Shown here in pieces: positions 54,213-62,380 of a stretch of DNA of 64,000 bases. Numbering within the stretch: the stretch's first letter is position 1; each line of letters starts with the position of its first letter. A program made the translations under genes and the position numbers. Below the pieces are notes generated by a model, which had not been told where the DNA came from, ran no database searches, and saw nothing but the letters and a program-made list of their open reading frames with translations. The stretch is from Nitrosomonadales bacterium (lineage in GTDB: Bacteria > Pseudomonadota > Gammaproteobacteria > Burkholderiales > SG8-39), in NCBI GenBank assembly GCA_005240145.1, contig SBAS01000074.1:1712-65711 (forward strand). Direction: 5' to 3'.

Positions 54213-54869
54213 ATGCTCCAGGTCTCCGGTATCCGGAAAAGCTTCGGCGCGCGCGCCGTCCTGAGCGCGGTTTCGCTGCGCGTCGAGGCGGGCGAGTACG
54301 TCGCCATCGTCGGCGAATCCGGCTCCGGCAAGTCGACCCTGCTGAACATCATCGCCGGCCTCGAATCGCCCGATGCCGGGAATGTTATTTTTGAAAATCT
54401 AAACATCAACACCCAGAGCGACGACACCCGGACGCTGCTGCGGCGGGACAAATTCGGCTTCGTCTTCCAGGCCTTTCACGTCCTGCCGCACCTGACCGTA
54501 GAGCAGAACGTTGGTTTGCCGTTACTTCTTCGTGCTTTTCACCCTGGAAAAATAAAAGAACAGGCCCTCAAAATCCTCGCTGCCGTCGGTCTGGCCGGCC
54601 GTGAGAACAGCATGCCAAGAGAGCTGTCTGGCGGCGAACTGCAGCGTGTGGCGATCGCGCGTGCGCTTGTGGGTGAACCGAAACTGGTGCTTGCCGACGA
54701 GCCGACCGGCAACCTCGATCTCGACAATGCGCGCCAGGTGCTGGCGTTGCTGCGCGAACAGGTGAAGGCGCACGGCGCCGCCGGGATCCTCGTCACGCAC
54801 TCCGAGGCGGCGGCCGCGACCTGCGACCGGCGCTACCGTCTCACCAGCGCGGGGCTTGCGCCGTTTTGA
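54213..54869 (+). CDS. orphan ABC transporter ATP-binding protein (LolD/MacB/FtsE-like)
   Basis: GESGSGKSTLLN, LSGGELQRVAIARAL, LADEPTGNLD. No adjacent permease. Confidence 0.85.
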   Translation: MLQVSGIRKSFGARAVLSAVSLRVEAGEYVAIVGESGSGKSTLLNIIAGLESPDAGNVIFENLNINTQSDDTRTLLRRDKFGFVFQAFHVLPHLTVEQNVGLPLLLRAFHPGKIKEQALKILAAVGLAGRENSMPRELSGGELQRVAIARALVGEPKLVLADEPTGNLDLDNARQVLALLREQVKAHGAAGILVTHSEAAAATCDRRYRLTSAGLAPF

Positions 54870-56100
54870 AAAGCCTCCGCGCCGGGTAGGGTAGCGCGGT
54901 TCGACCCAGCAATTCCTCGATGCGCAGGCCTTCGTTCCATTTCGCCATGCGCTCGGAACGCGCGAAGCTGCCGACCTTCAGCTGGCCGACGCCCCAGCCC
55001 ACCGCGAGGTGGACGATGGACACGTCCTCGGTCTCGCCGGAGCGCGCGGACACGATGGCGCGGTAGCCGGCTGCCTGCGCGGCGCGCCAGCACGCCAGCG
55101 TTTCAGTCAGGGTTCCGACCTGGTTTGGTTTGAGGAGTACCGCATTGCAAGCGCCTATGGCTTTTCCATCCAGCAGCCTTTTTTCATTCGTCACAAAGAA
55201 GTCGTCCCCGACTATCTGGATCCGGTGTCCCGCGGTGCGCGTGAATGAGGCCATCGCCTCCATGTCATGCTCGGCGAACGGATCCTCGATGGAGACGATC
55301 GGGTAGCGGTCGATCCAGCCAAGCAGCAACGAGTGCAGCTGCGCGGCCGTCAACGTTTTCTTCTCGAGTGCGAGGTGATAGCGCCCGCCGCGCCACAGTT
55401 GCGTGGCGGCGATGTCGAGGGCGATGGCGACGTCGGCGCCGGGCTCGAAGCCGGCATCGCTGATCGCCCCGGTCAGCTCGGCGAGCGCTTCCTCGTTGGT
55501 CTTGAAGGCCGGCCAGTAGCCGCCTTCGTCGGCGACGCCGTAAAGCGCATTGCGCTTGGCGAGGCGCGCGCCCGCGGCGCGGTAGACCGCCGCCGTCCAC
55601 TCGAGGCTTTCGCTGAAGCTGCCCGCCCCGACGCAGATGACCATGAAGTCCTGCACGTCCATGCGCCCTTGCGCGTGCGCACCGCCGCCGAAGATCTGGA
55701 TCTGCGGCACCGGCATGGCGACCGGTTTGTTGCCGGCAAGGAAGCGCCAGAGGGGTTTCTTCGCCGCCGCCGCGGCCGCGTGCGCGCAGGCGAGAGACAC
55801 CGCGACGATGGCGTTGCCGCCCAGGCGCGACTTGTCGGGGGTGCCGTCCAGAGCGATCAAGGCGTTGTCTATGGTTTCCTGATCGAGTTTTTTCCCCATC
55901 AGGAAAGACCTGATTTCGGTGTTGATGAAATGCATGGCTTGCCTGACGTCAATACTCTTCGCTTCGCCTGAGCCCGTCGATGCGCCCGCCGGCGCGATCG
56001 CGCGACCGCGTGCGCCCTTGACCGCGACCTCGGCTTCCACGGTCGCCCGGCCGCGCGAGTCCCAGACGCTGCGCGCGCGGACGTCTAGGATCTTTGCCAT
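54841..56100 (-). CDS. divergent enolase-family paralog
   Basis: [76 protein letters not shown]. It is enolase-like, with SARS replacing SHRS and QDFM replacing QEFM. An alternative start lies at 56115. Confidence 0.8.
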   Translation of the reverse strand: MAKILDVRARSVWDSRGRATVEAEVAVKGARGRAIAPAGASTGSGEAKSIDVRQAMHFINTEIRSFLMGKKLDQETIDNALIALDGTPDKSRLGGNAIVAVSLACAHAAAAAAKKPLWRFLAGNKPVAMPVPQIQIFGGGAHAQGRMDVQDFMVICVGAGSFSESLEWTAAVYRAAGARLAKRNALYGVADEGGYWPAFKTNEEALAELTGAISDAGFEPGADVAIALDIAATQLWRGGRYHLALEKKTLTAAQLHSLLLGWIDRYPIVSIEDPFAEHDMEAMASFTRTAGHRIQIVGDDFFVTNEKRLLDGKAIGACNAVLLKPNQVGTLTETLACWRAAQAAGYRAIVSARSGETEDVSIVHLAVGWGVGQLKVGSFARSERMAKWNEGLRIEELLGRTALPYPARRLFKTAQAPRW

Positions 56101-57080
56101 GCCGGTTTGAACCATGCGGCCCTCACTTCGGCGAGCGTAGAAGGAGGCGAGCGCAGGAACCGGCCCGCGATTTCGCGCACAAACTCCTTGTCTGCATCCG
56201 CCTTCAGGTATTCGACCGGCGATTTGCCGTCCACGCGCGCGAGCAGCAGTCCGGGCAGGAGGGTGGCGGCGCGCCTCTCGGCGTCCGCCCGCGGTTCCCA
56301 GTCCACGCCGGCGAGGTAGGCTGCCGCGAGAACATCGAAGCATTGCAGGAAGGCCTTGCGCCGCACCGGTACCCACAGGCCCTTCAGCAGCAGGTGATTG
56401 AGGCAGAACGCAAGGTCGAATGCGGGGTCGCCGTACCAGGCGCACTCGGCATCGAGAAATATCGGACCCTGCGGGCCGATGAGGATGTTCTTCGGGCTGA
56501 CGTCGCCGTGGACGAGAGCGAGCTTGGTGCGCGCGGTTCTTTCTGCAAGTTCCCGCAATTGCGTTTCAAGCCCGGCATGAACTCTTCCTGCAGCCAGCAG
56601 GTAGGGCTCGAGGCGAATGGCGTGGAAGTTCCTGTCGGTGTCGAATTTCGCCGCACAGGTTTTGTTGCCGGCGGTGGCGGCGTGAATGCGTACGAGGCAA
56701 TTGCCCACCTTGGCGGCGAACTCCCGGTCGGCGCGGCCCTCGGCAAGTTCGGCTTTCCACAGCGGGTGGTTTTCGAGCAGTTGCATGGCGAAGCAGCCGG
56801 CGTCGTCCGCGGCGAGGACGCGCGGCGCCACGCCCGGGATGATCGCGTTGGCGGTTTCGATCCACATGCGTTCGTACCGGTTGCGCTCCACCGGCACTTC
56901 CCAGAGCTGCTCGACGCGCAGGCGGGGCAGGGCGCGCTTGACGCAGACGGCGCCGCCATGCAGATCCACGCGCCAGATGTCGGAGGACACGCCGCCGGAA
57001 AGCGCTACCGCAGGCGGCATTTCGCCTGCAGCGGCCAGCCCGTGTTTGCGCAGGAACGCGAGAACCGGCTCAGGGAGCAA
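56085..57080 (-). CDS. aminoglycoside-phosphotransferase-fold kinase (methylthioribose-kinase-like)
   Basis: [11 protein letters not shown]...VCVKRAL..., catalytic [28 protein letters not shown]. The start is uncertain: the TTG at 57080 overlaps the pdxH stop. Confidence 0.7.
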   Translation of the reverse strand: MLPEPVLAFLRKHGLAAAGEMPPAVALSGGVSSDIWRVDLHGGAVCVKRALPRLRVEQLWEVPVERNRYERMWIETANAIIPGVAPRVLAADDAGCFAMQLLENHPLWKAELAEGRADREFAAKVGNCLVRIHAATAGNKTCAAKFDTDRNFHAIRLEPYLLAAGRVHAGLETQLRELAERTARTKLALVHGDVSPKNILIGPQGPIFLDAECAWYGDPAFDLAFCLNHLLLKGLWVPVRRKAFLQCFDVLAAAYLAGVDWEPRADAERRAATLLPGLLLARVDGKSPVEYLKADADKEFVREIAGRFLRSPPSTLAEVRAAWFKPAWQRS

Positions 57081-57702
57081 GGCGCTCGATCTTCCAGGCG
57101 CCCCGCACCAAGGTGTAGAGCAGGCGATCGTGCAGCCGGTTTTCGCGCCCCTGCCAGAACTCGATGCGCTGCGGAACGACGCGATAACCGCCCCAGTGGG
57201 CTGGGCGAGGCGGGTTATCACCATGCCTTGCTTTTTCCGCCTTCGCTGCAGTTTCCAGAACTTCTCTTCCGGCAACCACTTCACTTTGTGCCGAGGCGCG
57301 TGCCGACAGGCGCGCGCCCACAGGCCGGCTGAGGAAATATTTTTCCGATTCTGATGATGGGACTTTCTCGACGCGGCCTTCGACCCGGACCTGCCGCTCG
57401 AGCTGCGTCCAGAGGAAGACCAGGCAGGCCAGGGGCCTCGCCGCCAGCTGCCGGCCCTTGCGGCTCTCGTAGCTCGTATAAAACACGAACGCGCCGTCGT
57501 CCACGCCCTTGAGCAGCACCACGCGCGCATCCGGCGCGCCTTCGGCAGTGACGGTCGCGAGCGTCAGGGCGTTGGCGAGCGGCAGGCCGGCGGTGAGCGC
57601 ATCCTTGAACCAGTGCTCGAACTGCTGCAGGGGATCGGCGGCGGCGTCGGCCTCGGCCAGGCCGGCGCGCATGTATTCCTGTCTCAGGTCGGTGATGTTC
57701 AT
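57070..57702 (-). CDS. pdxH: pyridoxamine 5'-phosphate oxidase
   Basis: [10 protein letters not shown]...RVVLLKG...[12 protein letters not shown]...[14 protein letters not shown]. Confidence 0.9.
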   Translation of the reverse strand: MNITDLRQEYMRAGLAEADAAADPLQQFEHWFKDALTAGLPLANALTLATVTAEGAPDARVVLLKGVDDGAFVFYTSYESRKGRQLAARPLACLVFLWTQLERQVRVEGRVEKVPSSESEKYFLSRPVGARLSARASAQSEVVAGREVLETAAKAEKARHGDNPPRPAHWGGYRVVPQRIEFWQGRENRLHDRLLYTLVRGAWKIERLAP

Positions 57703-58090
57703 CGAGCGGCGATTCTATATCGACCGGGAGGGGCGGCAGTTCTCGTTTCCGACACCAGCCCGTCCCGGTTCGACCCGTCGGCGCGCCGGCGCAGAGCGGA
57801 AACGTCTGCTGAAGGAAGGTGTTAGCGCGCTTGTGCTCGCCGAGCGCGAGCGCCGGGGATGGCGTTTGTCGAGTGAAAAAGTGCTCGAAGTCTTCGCGCT
57901 CGACATCGAACTGAACGCGCAGGGACTCGAGTTCTGGCTGGATTCAGAGGGGAAATAGCGAAAATTGTTTCCTCGGGTGATTGACATGCTCCCCGGGATT
58001 CGGCATTGTTCGGGCACCGCTGCACGTCGGCGGGAGGAATAACGGGATCCCACAACGTTCCGTAATTGATCGTACAGAGGAGAAATCAAG

Positions 58091-58378
58091 ATGGCGAAGA
58101 AGAAGGCGAAGAAGGCCGGCAAGAAGCGCAAGCCCAATGCCGCGTTCATGAAGCCGATGAACCCGAGCGCAGCGCTCGGAGCGGTGATTGGCAGCGGCGC
58201 AATGCCGCGGACCGAGGTAACCAAGAAGATCTGGGCCTACATCAAGCGCAATGGACTGCAGGACAAGAAAAACCGCCGCAACATCAACGCGGACGACAAG
58301 TTGAAGATCGTGTTCGGCGGCAAGTCGCAGGTCTCGATGTTCGAGATGACGAAACTGGTCAGCAAGCACCTCAAGTAA
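58091..58378 (+). CDS. SWIB/MDM2 domain protein with lysine-rich N-terminus
   Basis: MAKKKAKKAGKKRKPN... then RTEVTKKIWAYIKRNGLQDKKNRRNINADDKLKIVFG. Confidence 0.8.
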   Translation: MAKKKAKKAGKKRKPNAAFMKPMNPSAALGAVIGSGAMPRTEVTKKIWAYIKRNGLQDKKNRRNINADDKLKIVFGGKSQVSMFEMTKLVSKHLK

Positions 58379-58388
58379 TCGCGTCACC

Positions 58389-59216
58389 CTGCCGGGGGCG
58401 CAGCCTCCGGCAGTTTTCACCCTCCTGAAGCCCTTCCCGCTCGCGAAGTCCCGCGCCAGAAGCATCTGGCTGCACGCCCAGCGGCTCGATCAGCAAGCTC
58501 CGTTCGGCGACGGCGCCGACGCGACCCGGGCCGCAGTGGAGCACCTGGGGTACGTGCAGATCGACACCATCAACGTGATCGAGCGTTGCCACCACCAGAT
58601 CCTCTACACGCGCATTCCCGGCTACCGGCGCGAGCACCTGCGCCAGGCGCAGAGCATCGACAAGACCGTCTTCGAGTACTGGACGCACGCGCTGTCCTAC
58701 GTGCCGACGCGCGACTTTCGCTATTACCTCGGCGCCATGCGGCGCGAGTGGCGGACGCGCAGCGGCTCGTTCTCGAGCGTCAAGGACAAGGACCTGCGCC
58801 GGGTCCTGTCGCTCGTGAAGCGCAAGGGCGCCCTCACGATCCGCGACATCGACGAGGACGCGGTGGACAAGGATCACCTCTGGGCGAGCCGCAAGCCCTC
58901 GAAGCGGGCACTGGAGCTCGCGTTCTACCAGGGCAAGCTGACCGTCAGCCAGCGCAGGCGGCTGCACCTCTTCTTCGACTACGAGCATCGCTTCGAGGCC
59001 TACCTGCCCGCGGCCAAGCGCAAGTTCGGCTACTTCTCCCAGCCCGTGCTCGTCGATGGCGACATCGCCGTCGTGATCGACCTCAAGACTGATCGCGAAC
59101 GGCAGAAGCTGCTGCTGCAGCGCTGGACCTGGGTGAGCAAGCGCTCGCGGCGCTTGCGCAAGGAGCAGATCGAGGAAGCCCTGCATCGCTTCGAGCGCTT
59201 TCAGCTCGCCCGCTGA
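58389..59216 (+). CDS. YcaQ/AlkZ-like winged-helix DNA glycosylase homologue, apparently shortened and lacking a canonical start
   Basis: The conserved N-terminus (SRARSIWLHAQRL...HLGYVQIDTINV, containing Q-I-D) starts upstream of the first ATG, GTG or TTG (58536). Only the CTG at 58389 is available. GKLTVSQRR joins directly to RLHLFFDYEHRFEAYLPAAKRKFGYF. Total is about 276 aa, against 370-410 aa as I recall for this family. Confidence 0.55.
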   Translation: MPGAQPPAVFTLLKPFPLAKSRARSIWLHAQRLDQQAPFGDGADATRAAVEHLGYVQIDTINVIERCHHQILYTRIPGYRREHLRQAQSIDKTVFEYWTHALSYVPTRDFRYYLGAMRREWRTRSGSFSSVKDKDLRRVLSLVKRKGALTIRDIDEDAVDKDHLWASRKPSKRALELAFYQGKLTVSQRRRLHLFFDYEHRFEAYLPAAKRKFGYFSQPVLVDGDIAVVIDLKTDRERQKLLLQRWTWVSKRSRRLRKEQIEEALHRFERFQLAR

Positions 59217-59250
59217 GGTAGACTTCCCCCACTCAGTCCGGGAGGTATGC

Positions 59251-59478
59251 ATGTCAGACCTCGTTGAAGAGCTTTCACACAAGGCCCGTACGCTACCACC
59301 GGAGGATCGCGTCCGGCTCGCCGAAGAGTTGCTCGCGTCAGTTCAGGAACCTGACGCCGAAGTCGATGCCGCGTGGGCGGAGGAGATCAAGCGCCGCATC
59401 GCAGAGATCGACAGCGGTAAGGCCAAACTGATTCCCGCCGATGAGGTATTTGCCGAGGTCCGTCGCCTGCTCAAGTGA
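59251..59478 (+). CDS. addiction-module antitoxin (putative)
   Basis: 75 aa (...LPPEDRVRLAEELLASV...AWAEEIKRRIAEIDSG), a pattern typical of small antitoxins paired with RelE/ParE toxins. Confidence 0.7.
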   Translation: MSDLVEELSHKARTLPPEDRVRLAEELLASVQEPDAEVDAAWAEEIKRRIAEIDSGKAKLIPADEVFAEVRRLLK

Positions 59479-59777
59479 AGGCGATTCGCTTTCACGACAC
59501 GGCGCGCGAAGAGTTGCTCGACGAGATCCGGTATTACGCTAGCATCAGCCCCAGCCTTGGCGAGCGACTTGCCGACGAAATAGAACAGGCAACACAGCTT
59601 GCCGCCGAGTTTCCCGACATGGGATCACCGTACAAGTACGGTTCGCGCAGGGTGTTTCCACGGAAGTTCCCGTTTTCCGTCGTCTACATGGTCCGCGAAG
59701 CCGAGGTGTATGTGCTCGCCCTTGCACCGTTTAGCCGCAAGCCGGGGTATTGGCGCGCACGCAAGCGTGGCGCCTAA
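59475..59777 (+). CDS. RelE/ParE family toxin
   Basis: 100 aa. 4-nt overlap with the antitoxin. ...RRVFPRKFPFSVVYMVREAEVYVLALA. Confidence 0.8.
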   Translation: MKAIRFHDTAREELLDEIRYYASISPSLGERLADEIEQATQLAAEFPDMGSPYKYGSRRVFPRKFPFSVVYMVREAEVYVLALAPFSRKPGYWRARKRGA

Positions 59778-59888
59778 ACTGTCTTGCTTAGTACAATTCG
59801 TATCGAAAATAAGAACCCCGACCGGGGAAGTCTCTGAAGCCGCTTCTCGTTTACAAGCGCAGCTTGCTGCGGCTCCAAGGGGCCTGAC

Positions 59889-59996
59889 GTGTCGCGAATC
59901 ACTGATCTAATCGCTCAAGCCGAGGCCAAGGACCCTCAGATGGGTGCTGACCTGGAGCGTGAGTTCAAGGCGCTGTCGTCCCGGTTGCCCTTTTGA
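59889..59996 (+). pseudogene. 35-codon N-terminal fragment resembling a restriction/defence-associated DNA methyltransferase
   Basis: VSRITDLIAQAEAKDPQMGADLEREFKALSSRLPF then stop. The pattern recalls N-termini of type III-like N6-adenine methyltransferases. This is from memory and low certainty. Confidence 0.3.
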
Positions 59997-60115
59997 CGGT
60001 CACCCCCGACCAGTTCCAGCAGGTCGCGGCTCGATACAATCACATCCCGAGAAAGTGCCTCGGCTACCAGACGTCGGCCGAAGTCTTCTCCAAACTGTTG
60101 CACTTCAAATGTGAA
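59996..60115 (+). mobile_element. C-terminal remnant of an IS30-family transposase
   Basis: ...PDQFQQVAARYNHIPRKCLGYQTSAEVFSKLLHFKCE resembles the conserved LNxRPRKxLGxxTPxEVF C-terminus of IS30 transposases. No catalytic domain is present. Confidence 0.5.
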
Positions 60116-60121
60116 TTCACC

Positions 60122-60143
60122 TCCCCGCTTTCGCGGGGACGAC
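60122..60143. repeat. REP-like GC hairpin element, copy 1 (also a likely fbp terminator)
   Basis: TCCCCGCTTTCGCGGGGACGAC, with stem TCCCCGC/GCGGGGA and loop TTTC. Identical 22-mer at 62343-62364. Confidence 0.8.
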
Positions 60144-60154
60144 GGGGTTGGCAT

Positions 60155-61141
60155 CTACGAGTGGTACTTCTCGACGATCTCGACCTCGTTCTTCGAGCCC
60201 AGCACGACCGCGATCCGCTGGTGCAGCTTCTTGGGCTGGATGTCCAGGATGCGCTGCTTGCCGTCGGTGGCGCTGCCGCCGGCCTGCTCGACGATGAAGG
60301 CCATGGGATTGGCCTCGTACATGAGCCGCAGGCGGCCGTCCTTGTTCTTTGAATCCCTCGGGTACATGAAGATGCCGCCGCGCCACAGCACGCGGTAGAC
60401 ATCGGCCACCATCGAGGCGACCCAGCGCATGTTGAAGTCCTTGCCGCGCGGGCCGTCCTTGCCGGCGAGGCATTCGTCGATGTAGCGCTTCACCGGCGCC
60501 TCCCAGCGGCGCATGTTCGAGGCGTTGATGGCGAATTCGGCGGTGTCTGCAGGTATTTTTATGTTTTCAGCAGTTAAGACAAAGGTATAGGTTTCCCGAT
60601 CCAAGGTGAAACCGAAGGCGCCGTCGCCGACCGTGATCACGAGCTGGGTGGTCGGTCCGTATACCGCGAAGCCGGCGGCGACCTGCTCGCGGCCCGGTTG
60701 CAGGAAGCACTTTTCGTCGGGCTCGACGCCCTTTGGGCAGCGCAGCACCGAGAAAATGGTGCCCACCGAGATGTTGACGTCGATGTTGGAAGATCCGTCG
60801 AGTGGATCGAACAGCAGCAGGTATTCGCCGCGCGGGTAGTGCGTCGGAATCGGCTTGACGTCTTCCATCTCCTCCGACACCAGCGCGGCGAGGTTGCCGC
60901 CCCATTCATTCGCTTCGAGCAGGATTTCGTTCGACATGACGTCGAGGTTCTTCTGGATCTCGCCCTGCACGTTCTCGCTGCCGGCCGAGCCGTGGCCGCC
61001 GCCCAGCGCTCCCTTGTTGACGCGCGTGCTGATCGCCTTGCAGGCGCGCGCGATGGTTTCGATGAGCAGGCGCAGGTCGGCGTTGATGCGCCCGGCGCGC
61101 TGGCGTTCGATGAGAAACTGCGTCAGGGAGGCGCGTCGCAC
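60155..61141 (-). CDS. fbp: class 1 fructose-1,6-bisphosphatase
   Basis: [10 protein letters not shown]..., [22 protein letters not shown] start at 61141, with an in-frame TAG 10 nt upstream. Confidence 0.9.
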   Translation of the reverse strand: MRRASLTQFLIERQRAGRINADLRLLIETIARACKAISTRVNKGALGGGHGSAGSENVQGEIQKNLDVMSNEILLEANEWGGNLAALVSEEMEDVKPIPTHYPRGEYLLLFDPLDGSSNIDVNISVGTIFSVLRCPKGVEPDEKCFLQPGREQVAAGFAVYGPTTQLVITVGDGAFGFTLDRETYTFVLTAENIKIPADTAEFAINASNMRRWEAPVKRYIDECLAGKDGPRGKDFNMRWVASMVADVYRVLWRGGIFMYPRDSKNKDGRLRLMYEANPMAFIVEQAGGSATDGKQRILDIQPKKLHQRIAVVLGSKNEVEIVEKYHS

Positions 61142-61160
61142 AGCGCGATTCTATCGCGCT
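61142..61160. other. 8-bp GC-rich hairpin abutting the fbp start codon and following the MFS stop
   Basis: AGCGCGAT-TCT-ATCGCGCT. The nearest AGGAG lies 17 nt upstream of the GTG on the minus strand. Confidence 0.3.
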
Positions 61161-61176
61161 CCTGGCCACGTGGATT

Positions 61177-62322
61177 CTAACGCTCCTGCTTGCGGCGCCT
61201 GTGCGCGAGCCACCCGCCCGAGAGCAGCAGCGCCGACATGCACAGGAACACCGGACCCATGCCGAGCGCCGTGCCCACCGCGCCAAAGAGGAGCGGGAGG
61301 AAGGTGTGGCTGACGTTCATGAGCGTGGTGCGCATGCCGACCACCTCGCCCTGGCGGCCCGGCGGCGAGGCCGAATAGAGCACCGCCATGATCATCGGCT
61401 GGGCGCAGCCCAGCCCGGTGCCGAGCAGGAAGGAGAGCGCGATGAGGTAGGGCACCTGTTCCACGAGGGGGAACATGGAGTAGGCGATGCCCGCGATCAC
61501 CAGCGCCGTGCAGACCACGGTCCACTCGTTCAGCCGCCGCGCCACCGAGGGCATGGCGAGGCGCACCACGAAGGTGGCGAGCGCGAAGCTGCTCATGACG
61601 ATGCCGATGGTGGAGGCCGAGAGGCCGATGCGCGTGCCGTGAATGGGCAGCACGAAGGTGTAGAGGTCCCAGCCGGTGGCGAGCAGCGCGCTGAAGAAGA
61701 AGATCGCGACCAGGCGCGGCTCGCGCAGCAGGTCGATCACGCTGTGCTTGGCGGGGTCGCTTTTGGGCTCCTGGCGCGGCGGCAGCTGCGGGCGCTTCCA
61801 CACGAGGAGCACGGTCGCCGCTACAGGCGGCAATGCGAGCAGCAGGAAGGCGATGCGGTGGCCGACGAGGTCGATGCCGAAGCCGGCGAGGAGCGGCCCG
61901 ATGAAGCCGCTCACGGCATAGCCCAGCGCCAGCCAGCTGAAGCTCACCGCGCGGTCGGCCGGGTCGCCGATCCAGCCCACGATGTGGTTGAGCGCGATGT
62001 GATGCAGCATGAACGAAGTGCCGATAACGACGGCGGCGACGTGCAGCGTGGCCATGCCTGGGTAGACGAAGGGCAGCAGGATGCCTGCCGCCATGATCCC
62101 GCCTGACCAGGCGAGCGGGCGGAATACGTCGGTGCGGTCGATGTAGCGGCCTGCGTGGACCGCGAGCAGCATCGGGAGCACCGAGTAGAGCGTCATCAGC
62201 ACGCCCACCGTGATGGGCGAGGCGTGCTGCTGGATGGCGGAGAGCGATACCGTGATGCGGCTGCCGACCAGGCCGATATGGCTCAGTACCGTCAGCAGGA
62301 TTACGAATGCCAGCGGTTTCAT
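61177..62322 (-). CDS. MFS transporter
   Basis: 381 aa, about 12 hydrophobic segments. GRYIDR-type loop motif after TM2. Confidence 0.85.
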   Translation of the reverse strand: MKPLAFVILLTVLSHIGLVGSRITVSLSAIQQHASPITVGVLMTLYSVLPMLLAVHAGRYIDRTDVFRPLAWSGGIMAAGILLPFVYPGMATLHVAAVVIGTSFMLHHIALNHIVGWIGDPADRAVSFSWLALGYAVSGFIGPLLAGFGIDLVGHRIAFLLLALPPVAATVLLVWKRPQLPPRQEPKSDPAKHSVIDLLREPRLVAIFFFSALLATGWDLYTFVLPIHGTRIGLSASTIGIVMSSFALATFVVRLAMPSVARRLNEWTVVCTALVIAGIAYSMFPLVEQVPYLIALSFLLGTGLGCAQPMIMAVLYSASPPGRQGEVVGMRTTLMNVSHTFLPLLFGAVGTALGMGPVFLCMSALLLSGGWLAHRRRKQER

Positions 62323-62342
62323 CCCGCCGGCATACTACTGGG

Positions 62343-62364
62343 TCCCCGCTTTCGCGGGGACGAC
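62343..62364. repeat. REP-like GC hairpin element, copy 2 (between htpX stop and MFS start)
   Basis: Identical 22-mer TCCCCGCTTTCGCGGGGACGAC. Confidence 0.8.
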
Positions 62365-62380
62365 ATGCTCCATTATTGCC

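Noticed and set aside
57740-57790. GGTTCGACCC string suggesting a tRNA T-arm or an att site.
   Set aside because: The flanks do not form a T-stem (CCCGTC is repeated directly, not inverted). No acceptor or anticodon arms can be drawn, and no integrase is nearby.
57703-58090. Possible small gene or ncRNA in the 388-bp pdxH-SWIB spacer, for example the tail of track ORF 57509-57958 (..LVLAERERRGWRLSSEKVLEVFALDIELNAQGLEFWLDSEGK).
   Set aside because: I recognise no protein family and found no convincing start with an RBS. No obvious conserved RNA structure is visible by eye. It remains unannotated and is mentioned only as part of the decayed patch.
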